Assembly: GCF_001194135.2 (NCBI RefSeq)
Contig: NC_068981.1
Location: 127,005,340-127,069,339, forward strand
Length of the DNA: 64,000 bases
Origin: Octopus bimaculoides
Lineage: Eukaryota
Direction: 5' to 3'
In this document: positions 1 through 12,669 of the stretch, one piece after another
How the letters are laid out: every line of letters begins with the position of its first letter
Numbering within the stretch: the stretch's first letter is position 1
The notes under the pieces: model-generated
Told to the model about the DNA's origin: nothing
The model's database searches: none
The model's input: the letters and a program-made list of their open reading frames with translations, nothing else
Translations under genes and position numbers: made by a program

Positions 1-1052
1 ATACATTTGTGACCTGTGCCATATGACATTTTTTGCTCATTTATTTAGTCCAAGAAGAACCAGACTAAAAACTTAGGTCCAATGGACTCTAATGGTTCAT
101 GAAAATATTTAATGTCTCACAAAACACCACGCACACTGGTACATCTATTTTTCTGATTTTATTAATAGAAGTTGCAAAAGAAACTCACCAAAGAATAAAT
201 TCAAAATCTGCCTCAAAGCCAATCAAAAGAGAGTAGAAATTGAACCTTCTGTAGACTATGGTTCCTTAAAAAAAACCTTCCATATGACCGTCATAACTTC
301 ACTTTCAACAAATCCTATTGTCACAGTGTCTTTTCTATCACTACCACAATCTGTGCACCTCCACTATCAAAACATACACTAGCCACTCTACCTGTCATGG
401 GAGTCCCCATACAGTCACTCAACCTATAAGAAATAACAGCCAAATCTCCTTCAGGTCATACCCAGCCATCTTTAAAAAGAAAATATTGAATAATGTAGTC
501 TGATATCTAAAAATGGAGAGATGATCAAGGATGAAATACCTTTGATCATAGATTTGTTTGATCAAAAGGCTGATATGAGACCTAATCCTTCCTAGTCATA
601 ACTGCACCCCTCTGAACTTGCTCTCTCCTCTTTAGAACACCATAGCATTTTTGACTCATGAAATTCTGTATAGATTCCAATAGTATAAGGAAATATATGA
701 GATATAGAATTACTCTTCACTATGCACAGGAACAGTAGTTTCTATTGTGGAAGTGCTGTAGTCAGTCAAATTAATCCTATTGTATTACTAATGCTTACTG
801 ACTTCCTATCAAAATTTTAACTCATACTGAATTGAAACATAATAAAATATATGCTCTAATATTCAGTTTAATCATCTTTACTAACCATGTACTGTCTTAA
901 ATAAGTGAAGTAATAATTAATGATTTGGTAATGACATGTATGTACTTTTGATTTACATTAGAAGCAACCTATTTTTACAGGAGCTAAAACTATACATGCA
1001 CAATTAGTAAAGGGCTTTATTTAGTATTTATTATTTATTTATCTATTTGCAG

Positions 1053-1295
1053 GTACCTGAGCTTTCCGGATCTTGGCTTTTGACGTTACTGATGCAGTTC
1101 CCTCTAATTATATTTCTGCTGTTCAATGAAAGCCAGACATTTCCTCTTGAAATAGCTCTTCATATAGTCATGTTTGGGTTTATTCTGATTGAAATATTTT
1201 CAGGTTATTTTGCTATTCGTACCATGATCAACTACCAGATGACACAGTTTCACTTGCGTCAGTTTTCTGACCTAGAGTTTATTACTCAAGACTAA
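1053..1295 (+). CDS. TMEM17: Terminal coding exon of TMEM17 (ciliary transition-zone transmembrane protein); upstream exons lie outside the window
   Basis: Acceptor tatctatttgcAG at 1051-1052 (phase 0), then VPELSGSWLLTLLMQFPLIIFLLFNE...PLEIALHIV...FHLRQF to TAA. This closely matches the recalled human TMEM17 C-terminus VPELAGFWLLSLLLQLPLILFLLFNE...PLEKAIHII...FHLQDF. Confidence 0.87.
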   Translation, partial: VPELSGSWLLTLLMQFPLIIFLLFNESQTFPLEIALHIVMFGFILIEIFSGYFAIRTMINYQMTQFHLRQFSDLEFITQD

Positions 1296-1885
1296 AGGAA
1301 AAGACAGGATAAAGAGATTGTTTCAATGTGTACAGACGAATTTTACACACCTCATTAAATTTAAATAGCCCTTATATATATGTGTATGTGTGTGTGTACA
1401 AACTAATACAATCCCTTTTTCTAACAGTTAACAGATCAAGACACAAGATACTTCTGATACTTTAAGGTATAAAGTATAGCCATACCATAGTATCAGTGTG
1501 GATAGGAATAGAGTATCTTAGGCTTTTAATTGTTAGCTTCTATGTTATAATGCCATGACAAGTGAAAGTTATTACTGTGAGCTCAACTCTACACTAGTGT
1601 CTATTTAATAGTTAAAATAAAGGAAGCATTCCAATGTAAGTCTTAAATGTTGCCGAGTGAAAGATATTTTTCAGATATTTAATGAAAAAAATCAACTATT
1701 TTGTCTGATTGTTTGATTTCATCAAAGACATATTGAAATGTTGAATATTATTCATCAAATAGCTCACTTTGTAACTGTGTGGAACCTTAAGCCAGTGTCT
1801 TTTACTATATTTACTATATTCCTTGGCTAACCAATGTCATGTGAATGGAAACTGTGTACACATAAGCCCATTGTGTGTGTGTGTG

Positions 1886-1925
<40 letters not shown>

Positions 1926-2520
1926 AACACGCACACACATAGATATACACACATGTACATACATGCATGTATGTCTTTGTGTGTGTTTTTATGACTGTGG
2001 TTGTCATTCCCGCCATCGTTTGACTACCATTGTTAGTTTGCTTACATACTTGTAACTTAGCAGTTTCACAAAAGTGACTGATAGAATAAGTACTAGACTT
2101 AAAATATATATATATAAGTACTAGGGGTGATGAATTTTGACAAAAACCCTTCAGGGCAATGCCCCAGTATGGCTGGTATCCAATGACTGAAACAAGTAAA
2201 AGATAAGAGATAATAGAAGTATGCAGTTACAAGATTCTGGTATAAAATCAAAAAGCTTGATTTTCTTGTTTTAATGCAATTTCAGCTTTATTAAATACAT
2301 TACCAGCAGCTGAATGATTATACTTAAGCCCTGAGAATCTCTGAGTGGTTGGCGTTAGGAAGGGCATCCAGCTGTAGAAACTCTGCCAAATTAGATTGGA
2401 GCCTGGTGTAGCCATCCGGTTGCACGAGTCCTCAGTCAAATCGTCCAACCCATGCTAGCATGGAAAGCGGACGTTAAACGATGATGATGATGATGATGAT
2501 GATATATATATATATATAGT

Positions 2521-2891
2521 TTCATTCATTAGACTGCGACCATGCTGGGGCACCACCTTGAGGGATTTTAGTCGAACTAATCAACCCCAGTACTTATCTC
2601 CTTTTAAACCTGGTACTTATTCTATTGGTTTTTTTTGCTGAACCACTAAGTTATGGGGATGTAAACACACCAACACTAGATGTCAAGCGGTGGTAGGGGT
2701 CAAACACAGACACAAAGATACACACACATATACATACGACAGGCTTTCTTCAGTTTCTATCTATCAAATCCACTCACAAGGTTTTGGTCAGCCCAAGGCT
2801 ATAGTTGACAACACTTGCCCAGAGTACTGGTTTCAGGTTCAGTCCCATGTGGTTGGGAAGCAAACTTCTTTCTACACAGCCACACCTGCAC
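2521..2891 (-). mobile_element. Family B SINE
   Basis: Reverse complement of the family B pattern. Confidence 0.8.
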
Positions 2892-4639
2892 CTATGTGTG
2901 TGTGTGTGTGATTTTGGTCCCAATCTAAAAAACATGTCAAACTGGTATTCTACAATTTCATCTTTAACCATTTCATTACCAACCTTCCTGACTGAGACTA
3001 ACCTTGGCTTTATGAAACAAAATTACTCATATTTAAATCAAAATCTTCAATCATAATTTTGTATAAAAATCATTTTGTTATACAACCAATGAGTCATTTT
3101 ACTGAATCCCTCCAAATCCTTGATTAGTAGAAAAAGAAAAAAAAAGAAAAAAAAGGCACAGGCAATGTGATTCATCAGAAATATGGTCTTGAAGAGGTTA
3201 TGGGTTAATTAGGATATAAAATCACATTTTTATATATTGAAATCAAAATCTTTTTTAATATATATAAAAGATATATAAAATCAATTCATAAAATATCAAA
3301 CTTTGTTATTCTATTTAAAAAATAATAATTGGCTTGATCCTTTTCAGAATATATGCAATAAGGCATTGAAGAAGTAAAATATTCATTCAGTATCACCACT
3401 TAATAAAAAGAATTTTAAATTTCCTTTATAATTGTATTTTTTCAGTATCTTATTGTTCACGACTCTGAACATCTAAAAAGGGGTTTCACCAAAGGTACTT
3501 TAGGTTTCACATAACTTCAATTTTTACAATAAAAAGGAGCTGGTAAGGCAGGTCCAACAAGAGCAAAATATTGCAGCATCATTAAAAAAAAGTCCACAGA
3601 AAAACAATAAATTTTAATAGTTAGAATTTGACATTTAGATTGGTTTCATTTGGAGCCATATGTCATATGTGTACACCTATAAGGTGTGCAAGATACAATA
3701 CTTCACATCTGCATTCTGACTATTGCCTTTACATTCAACTATGTTATTGCATAAATGTGATAGCCAGAAGAATGTGAGAAACTGAGTATATATTTTGCAT
3801 GCTTAATAGGTGTAAAGATATTGTGTATACACACTTATATGAAATGTGGCTGCAACTAAAACCAAAAGAAAAAAGCTTTGATGGAAAAGAGAGCTGTGAA
3901 CATTGAAATCTGAGTAATAATCAAGATATTTAAATTATATTCATTTTAAAGAAATAAAATTGTTCAAGTATTTACATTTCAACTGACCCCTGTCTTTCAG
4001 TGAAGGTGAATTTCTTCAGAAACCACTTTGAGCAATGCTCAGATAATTTAGGCTTGAACATTTTTGGATTTTCTAAGTTTAATTTTTCAGAATTGGATAT
4101 ATTTGTTGTTCAATTTCCTCAAAATCAAATGGTGTCACATTGAATGAATTAAAATGCAAAATCTTTATTACATATTTACTGGGTATGTAAAATAAATTTA
4201 CTGAAACTGCTTTATAAAAAACAAAAAATTACAAGCAGTATATTTTCAAATATTTTAAAATAAGAAAGAAAAGATAAATAAAATAATCCAACACACCCAC
4301 ACTTTACAGGCACTGAGTTTAAGAAGCATGCTTCCCAACCACGTGGTTTTAAGGTTCAGTCCCACTGAATCCCATACATATATGAATAAATATATCTATA
4401 TTCCACCGTCCTCTCTTCTGCAACCCCACTCTGTCAAGGTTCTTATCTTGGCCATTGTCATGAAAATATTACCCAATAAACTCTGTAAAGTGATTGGCAC
4501 CAGGGAGGGCAGTACAACTCATGCCAGCATGGAAGACAACATTAAATGATGATGACATACATACAGACAGACAGACACATATATCTAGATTTAGATATGT
4601 TTCAAGCCATGTCCAACTTAATAGCACCACCTGATAGAA

Positions 4640-6270
4640 TCTGTTATGTCACTTTTAAGTCAAGATTTGTGGTATCATAGCCCATTCAAGTAAGCTGTTG
4701 ATTGAAATGTATCCAGGTACTTTGGTTTGTTCAGTATTCTCTGACATAATTTGTCCAGATATCGTTTAATGGTTATAGGATCTTTTTCTTTGGTTTATTT
4801 TGTGATAACATTAAATAGAGCAGGACCTGTAAAGGACAAGTGATTGTACTGCAGTGTAGTTATGTCATGAGCCTGAATCATGTAAGAGGTCCATGGCACA
4901 GGGTCCCAGCCTGGAGTGAGTTGTGAACTTGATGTTAATCGTTTGGGCAATGACAGTGGTATATTCTTCACATGGTACAAATGATGTAGCACTCATGACT
5001 GCACTGGAGACAATAATTTCAAAGTTTTAAGCTGGTTCCAATAATGAAGATCTGTCAGAGCATTTATTAATTTTTTTTATTGCTTACTGTAGTGTCTCAA
5101 TTCACATGTTTTGTTTGGTATGGGGAGACCACAGGGGGCAGCAGTATTCAAGGTATGGTTGTACAAAGGAGGGGGAAAGGAAATGATGACAACTAGTTTT
5201 CTGGTCTGGAAAATTCCGAGGACCAAGGAGCTCCCCTTGTAAGCCATACCAACCTTATTGCTGATGTGAGCACCCCAGCTGAGATTGTCAACTAAGTCTG
5301 TGTTATTATTGGATGCCATGAGTGATTTTCCTGAAGGAAGAGAGTATGATTATTTTAAGTGCATGAGTTCAAATTTTCCATCATTTATTAGCATGCTGCT
5401 TCCGTCTCCCCATTGACTTACAGCATGCAGATCAGATTGGGGTTTTGTTTGGTTTTCTCCATTGGTAAGTTTTTGAAACTTGGAGTCATCTGCAAACATT
5501 TTTATTTCGCTGTGTTTGATGATATTTGAAATGTCATTTATACAAACTATGAAGAAAGTGGATCTAATACAGTCCTTGGGGGAACATCACTAGTGACTTT
5601 TGCTGGGCTTGAATGGACTCCAGTGATCACATGTTGGGTTCTGATCACCAGAAAATTGTTGATCCAGTCCAGCAGTTTATCACAGATTCCAATATCAGGC
5701 AATTGTAACAGAAGGATGTCATGGTAGGCTCTGCTGAGGAAAGATATATAACATCAGTGTTCAAGCTCACTCCCAAAACTTTAAGGATATCACTAAAGTG
5801 ATGTAGAAGTTGTATTATGCTGTCTTTGCCACAACAAAAGCCATGTTGATTGGAATTTAGAAGGTCATCACTCTCCAGTAAGCCAGTTATTCTTGATCTG
5901 ACCACCCTTTCAAACACTTTGATGAAATAGGAGGTGAGTAAAATTGGACAATAATTAACTTAAAGGAATCTGTTCCTCTTTTTGAAGATCATGATGACAA
6001 GTTGTAATAAGAAGTGTTTGGATATACAGCTGGAGTTTTAAAGATTTTCTCCTGAGGTCAGTTAGAGGAGATACAAGTTGGTGTCAGCATTCCTTTAGGA
6101 CACTAACAAGGCCTGCTGCAGAATATTTGGTTTCCTTTATTTCTGTAGTGATATCAGAGACATTGAAAATTATAAGAAATAACATGTTGGGGGTTGAGTT
6201 TGTTGAAATATTTTATGTCAACGTCAGTAGAATCAGTAAAGATAGCAATATTGTTCCTGTAGATTCATTG
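4640..6270 (-). mobile_element. Decayed CR1/L2-clade LINE ORF2 (reverse transcriptase) remnant
   Basis: FERVVRSRITGLLESDDLLNSNQHGFCCGKDSIIQLLHHFSDIL...VIYL, DNLSWGAHISNKV and GPALFN are typical CR1/Jockey-group RT and C-terminal segments, broken by stops and frameshifts. Boundaries approximate. Confidence 0.82.
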
Positions 6271-6459
6271 TCATAAAAAGTCCTCATTACACTCTTGGTG
6301 TGGTCAGCATTAGGAAGGGCATCCAGCCGTAGAAACTGTGCCAAATCAGATTGGAGCCTGGTGCAGTTCTCCAGCTTACCAGTTCCAGTCAAACTATCTG
6401 ACCCATGCCAGCATGGAAAGCAGACGCTAAATAATGATAATGATATATTTATTATAATA

Positions 6460-7580
6460 TAGGTGTGAGGGGTATTTGGAGTATTTCAGGCACTTAATTG
6501 TGCAATACTCTCTTCAAACCTACTAAAAGGTTTTTATTTCTTTCAGATCCCACTTGACAGATAAATTACTTACACAAGAAGTGAAAAGACATATTATTGA
6601 AATTGCCAATTTCTAAATGTTGCAGGGTCTTTTGTATATAAAATTCAGATGGGAATGTTTCAATTGTATCAAAGAGAAAATTCTAAAGAGAACATTCTAA
6701 ATATTTAAACATAAGGATATTGCAATTCATCCAATAAGTTCAAAACATTGTCAATGATGATAGCCAAAAATCAATGATAGCCATCACCAAAGAACTTCAG
6801 ATGTCAAAGGAGACTATTAGAACTGTGGTGCATGAGAACATCTGATGTATTGAAGAGAGTCCATTTCATGTCTGCAATGACACAGAAAGACTGATTCGAG
6901 TCAGGCAGTTACTTAACAAGGTGAACAAAGCATGCTTTCATTTTCTGATGAAAAACTTCAACCAAAACCAGAAGTCTAACAGGAGAAATGACAGATTATG
7001 TACAGATCCTTCTGGTATCACCTGAGTGATGTACACTAAGTTTCCAGCACTGATATGGTTTTAGGAGTAGTATGTAACAAAGTCATGCCATCTCACATTT
7101 TACCACAGGGTCTTAGAACTAATGCTGCTGGATGCATTGAGATGCTAGAAACAGCTGTTAAGCTCTAGATGGATGAAGTCTGCAGTGGAAGGCTTTATGT
7201 GTTTCAACAAAACTCAGTACCTTCTAAGAAAGCTCACATAACTCAAGAATGGATGTCAGACAATCCTCATGATCACATAACACCAAACTTGTGACATCCA
7301 AACATAGCAAACATTTTGAGCATTGTTGAAAGAGACTAATCAACTTCCTCACAATATTATAGCTTCACTGAGGGCCACCATTGTCCAGATGATGTTGAAA
7401 TGAATAAGAAGTGTTTAGTGCAGACATGTCAATGACTCCAGTCCTACATTAAAGCAGTCATCAAAGCTGAAAGCTTATCAAAAATGTATGCACAGATTTT
7501 TTACTAAAATGATTTGTGTTTATTAGATTAGAATTTTTTTTTATCAAGTTACCAAATACACACTCAAATCTCACACCCAA
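6460..7580 (+). mobile_element. Degenerate Tc1/mariner transposon remnant
   Basis: About 7195-7450 reads VFQQNSVPSKKAHITQEWMSDNPHDHITPNL...SIVERETN (the FQQD-x-AP-x-H-x-A...TQ-x-W transposase block) with many stops. Boundaries approximate. Confidence 0.7.
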
Positions 7581-8379
7581 TATATATATATATATATATA
7601 TGTTTGTGTATGTGTATGTAGATATATGAATATAAAAATATATATCTATATATATATGTGTACACATACACACACATACATTATATCGTGTGCACAAATA
7701 CATGTGCGACTGCTATTGTTGAGTTTAGAGCTCCTTGAAAATTATAATCATCCAGTCTGCTTCTAGTATAGCAGTTTGGCTACTACTATACTTAGTGGCA
7801 TAACTAGTCACATTATACAGAGCAAATATAGAACTTACAAGAAATACAAGTTCATATCACTTGTTCATATGTATATGTTACCACTGGTTGTTTGGAACTC
7901 TGCATAGGATGTTCCAAGTGCAATTGCTTAATCACAACAGATCATCCAGGGAACATTTTATTGCATTATATTACAGAGAATTAAAGTTTACACACATAAG
8001 AACAAATGATATAAGCTTATGTTTATTGTAATTTCTCCAATATATGTATACACACACATACATAATATATGCATACACATATAAATGCATATATTTATAC
8101 ACACATATATAGATATCTATATATACATAGTTATATGTGTGTGTGTATATATATGTATATCATGGACTCTCCCGTAGTTATATGATGCATAATGTGCCGA
8201 ACAACCACACATGATTTGTTTATAGTGATCAAATGTTTATGAAATGATTGCAGAGCAACTGGGAATCGAACCCACAATCTCGCAATTGTGAATGCAACAC
8301 TCTAATCACTAAGCCATGCACCTTCACACACACACATATATACATACATACACAAACACACACATAAGGTGTTTGAGTT

Positions 8380-9110
8380 AAATTTGACAGTTTGCATAAA
8401 AGTATTTTACAAATATATCAACTAGATTTTGGCTGGAAGATGACAGTTTACTCCAAGTGGTCCCACTCATCTTCCACCATAGCCTCAAGATGGCTTCAGA
8501 ACCAGACACATGCATTCCTCACTGTGTCCCTGGAAAGATCTTCGAACACCTCCTTGATCTTGGCCTTGATGTTGCAAGAAAAGTAGTTGGTATTTCTCAA
8601 CTGCGTCCTACACATAGTAATCCATATGATTACAATTGGTGGGAATTAGGAAACCAGAAATTGGGGTTGGTGAAGTTGTAGAAATTCTCTGACAACCACT
8701 TCTGACTCTTTCCAGAGGTATAACAAGGAACCGAATCCTGCTGCTACACATATGGCCTTCCAGCAGCAACCCTCTCTAGGCAGAGATTGATCACAGGTTC
8801 CAGCAGCTTCATATAGCCATCTGAACTGAGCTTCAAAGATTTTGGGGTGAATTCTGGCATGCAGACACCTAGTGCCTACAGTGTCCCTTCCTGCTGGCCA
8901 TGGGTTTATAGTTTCTGTTGCAGCTGCCCATGTCACATCTTACAGTCTTCACAATATTCACAGAGCACTGAGCAGCAGTCGTGATGTCAGCATTTTGATA
9001 CCTGGTGTGAATCATCACAATACAGGTAACTCTTTTCCAATATTCAGATGGCTTCTAGTCCTGCATGTCATCTAACTTTTCCCAACTACAACTTTAATCT
9101 TTATGCTCTC
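8380..9110 (-). mobile_element. Degenerate Tc1/mariner transposase C-terminal remnant
   Basis: Frameshifted minus-strand reading PTNCNHMDYYV*DAVEK...KIKEVFEDL.RDTVRNAC resembles the SPDLNPLDY-containing C-terminus; similar to the 6.5-7.5 kb element. Confidence 0.65.
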
Positions 9111-10301
9111 CAACACTGACGACTGTTCACTGATACCTCAAGGTGTTCCTGAAAAAGGAGACATAACAAAAAAAAATCATCAAATTTAACCCTAGCCCCC
9201 CCCCCCCCGTGCATGTATGTATGTATGTGTGTATATATATATGTACACACACATGTACATTTGTTTTCTCGTCAGTAAGTTGTAAATGNNNNNNNNNNGT
9301 ATGTATGTGTATATATATATGTACACACACATGTACATTTGTTTTCTCGTCAGTAAGTTGTAAATGAGTGACAAGCGGTTTTGTTTACTGTCTTCCGTGA
9401 AAACATGCCCAGCCAGGAGGATATACTACCTTACTTGAAAACAAGTGAGGGTTGGTGACAGAAAGGGTATCTGGTCATAGAGAATCCACCTCAATGACCT
9501 CTGTATGTCCTATGGAAGCATGAATGCTAAAAAAAAATTATTGCAGTTAAATTCTAACTAAATAAATCCACCTGAAATGAACTTGGGAAAGGCTTTCATT
9601 TCTTTGCTATTAATAAACCCTACATAGGTATTCGGCAATGAGGAAGTATCCATGTAGTTACTCAAATTACTAGAAATATCTAAATCACCTTCAAACTACT
9701 CTTAAAAACTACATCGTAAAAAAGAAAGGCGATACTGGACAATGTAGCCTGCCCTATGTACACTATGCCTGGAATGACTGATCATAGGTTTGCTCAATCA
9801 CGTTGAACTTCGGGTTACAGATAGAAACAAGTCAATAAGTCTAATTAATACTCTACACAGTCACTTGGACAGCAGGAAATAACAGCCAAATCTCATTCAA
9901 ATGTCTTAAAGTAAAAAAAAAAAAGAAAAAGAGTACACACCTGACAATATAGCCCGATACAAAAAACAAAAAAACATGGGATAGTCATAAGACCTTTTTG
10001 ATTATAGATATGATAGAGCTTTGAAGCTAAATGACTTACACAAAGCAAAATGGAGATTTAAGAACAATGAACATGTCATAATTATTACTCTTATATTCTC
10101 TGATTTAAGATCCAAACTGCAAGAATTAGATTGAGCTACCACATACCTTTATCATATGCAATTAACCCTTTGCCTGTCCTGTGTATCATATGTGATACAC
10201 AGGACACACTTTCCCGGCAAGCATGCATCATGATATACAATTCCAATTTTTTTTTCACTCACTGGAATAGCCATTTAGGATAGACTTATGGAAAATGCTT
10301 T

Positions 10302-10631
10302 GCTGTGTGGTAAGTAGCTTGCTTACCAACCACATGGTTCCGAGTTCAGTCCCACTGTGTGGCACCTTGGGCATCTTCTACTACAGCCTCGGGCCGACCA
10401 AAGCCTTGAGTGGATTTGGTAGATGGAAACTGAAAAAAGCCCGTTGTATATATGTATATATATATATATATGTATGTGTCTGTGTTTATGTCCCCGTAAC
10501 TTAGTGGTTCGGCAAAAAGAGACCGATAGAATAAGTACTAGGCTTACAAAGAATAAGTCCTGAGGTCGATTTGCTCGACTAAAGGCGGTGCTCCAGCATG
10601 GCCACAGTCAAATGACTGAAACAAGTAAAAG
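10302..10631 (+). mobile_element. tRNA/CORE-type SINE (family B)
   Basis: gctgtgtggtaagtagcttgcttaccaaccacatggttccgagttcagtccc...ggcaccttgggca, an internal (TA)n, and tail ggtgctccagcatggccacagtc...gaaacaagtaaaag. Confidence 0.85.
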
Positions 10632-12403
10632 TTAAAGGAATCCGATTGTATAGGCTGGCAATTTTAAAGACAAATCTATATATCTATATATCTGTAAAGA
10701 ATTCAATCTTCTTTATCAGTATAAAGTGCTAACAAATAATTTCAAATCAACAGATTTTACAGTTCATTGAATACACTACATAAATTTAAACTGTTGAGTA
10801 ATTTCATATACCTTCAAGAAAGGATGCTTTATTCTAATTAAAGACATTATCAATTGGTCTAAATTAATCATATTTAGATACATTCTTTTGTTACCTATAC
10901 AGCACAGTAAATACTTCAGACAATTTTCAGGCATTCTCACAATTGAAATATAGTGATACAATTATACTGAGCTTAAATTCACCATTTGAATCAAATGCTT
11001 TCTTGCTTTATCTTGATTCCTTACCACTTGATGTTCAGTCTAAATTTGTGCCCATGTTTACATCTCCATGTGTTTACCTATGCGTTTTATATGTTCCTTT
11101 CATTCTTGAGTGTGTATGAATAGTATATGAATTAAAACCCTAAACTAAAAGTATATATAAAATAATTTATTATACATTGAAATTATTATTACATGATGAA
11201 GGCTGCGAAACAGCTGTAATCCTAAGGATGACAAGTGGTTAAATAAATATATTCACCTCTCACACTGCATGACGCTTTATGGCGCATATATATATATATA
11301 TATATATATATTATTTTTTCATTTAATGTTTTTTTTATTTATTTTATAAATGGATATTTCCCTTAATACATTCTTCTTTGTGTAGCAAAAGACCAGAGTA
11401 TTTGTAAGGAAGAAATTATTCATTTATAAGCATGCTTTGAAGAGAGAGAGAGAGAGAGAGAGAGAAAAAAAAGATAAACAAATGTAAAAAATTCAATGTG
11501 GTATTTACTTCAAATCATAGAAATTTTTTAAAAATCAAGCAAAAATGATGGCTGACTTAAAGAAGACAGTTTTGACCATAAAAAAAGACTGCAAAATGTT
11601 AAGTATATAAGTATGTACAAAATATGTGGCTATACTGTTTATAAAGTAAATAGCATACATATGTGTATTTGTGGTGAATAGAAAGTCATTGTAGCATTGA
11701 TATTAAAAGACAAAGATAAGTTTCCAGGAAACTGAATCTCACAACAGGCTTCATTTCATTAAAATTGTTCATAAATTGTATGAAGTAATAAACATCACAG
11801 CATCTCACTGTTGTTTCTTTACGTATCTTAAATAATCTTATGCTTGTATAAAAAATAAAAAATTACTTTGAAGCCTAATATCCATTTTAGAGACAACTTA
11901 GATAAGTAGCATTTTAAAAATAAAAAGAATTCAAACATTTGAATAATTTGTTGAAGTATTTTTTACATTTGACATCCTTATTACAACACTTAAGAGGTAA
12001 TAGTTGTATATATTTTGAGCAAAGTAGTTGTATACTTTTGCCTGGCTATTTCAAATATAGGGTTTTGCCTCTCCTTACTATAAGTTGGCTGAATGTACAA
12101 CACAAAATTTCTCTACATATCTTGGTTGTCATCTCATCTGTGTGTTCAAAGTGCTTGAAACTAACCAAACAACTTCACAAATATCTTCTTCACTATTGCT
12201 TTTATGGACATTGGTTGTTAGTGCATTGGAGAGAATACTTGTAGCATTTGTTTCAGCTTTGTCCTGATTTAAAACCTCACCTACGTTAGCTTTGTCTTTT
12301 ATCATTTCAGGGTCAATTAATGTTATCAGTTCAGGTAAATAGATTTTGGTAATATCTGTTTTGTTCAATTCTATATTTAAGAGATGAGGAATTATGTACA
12401 TTA

Positions 12404-12669
12404 GACAGATATTTGTCCTCATCTTGTTTGTTGTTAACACAACGTTTCGGTTGATATACCCTCCAGTGTCTTGGGGAAATTTCGAACCTGGGTTCTCATT
12501 CCTAAGGTATTTTTCGATATAATTATTATTATTGTTGTTAGTGTTCAGGTCACTGCCCAGGATTGAGAACCCAGGTTCGAAATTTCCCCAAGACACCTGA
12601 AGAAGGCTGGAGGGTATATCAGCCGAAACGTTGTGTTAACAACAAACAAGATGAGGACAAATATCCGTC
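12404..12669. mobile_element. Penelope-type fragment: two inverted copies of the terminal (pLTR) segment
   Basis: 12404-12503 is the reverse complement of 12559-12669 apart from a short deletion that removes the CTGAAGA core; 55-bp spacer. The right arm contains a hammerhead motif. Confidence 0.65.
12592..12637 (+). ncRNA. Minimal type-I hammerhead ribozyme motif (Penelope-type)
   Basis: Stem I GACAC/GTGTT; core CTGAAGA 12597-12603 plus an extra A; stem II GGCTG/CAGCC; GAAA 12625-12628; palindromic AACGTT helix III; GUU cleavage triplet. Confidence 0.65.

Noticed and set aside
9210-9365. Tandem duplication of about 70 bp around a 10-N gap
   Set aside because: Identical sequence on both sides of a small gap is typical of an unmerged contig overlap.
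11193-11220. Fourth hammerhead (ATGATGAAGGCTGCGAAACAGCTGTAA)
   Set aside because: C3 is lost and stem II has collapsed; only a relic.
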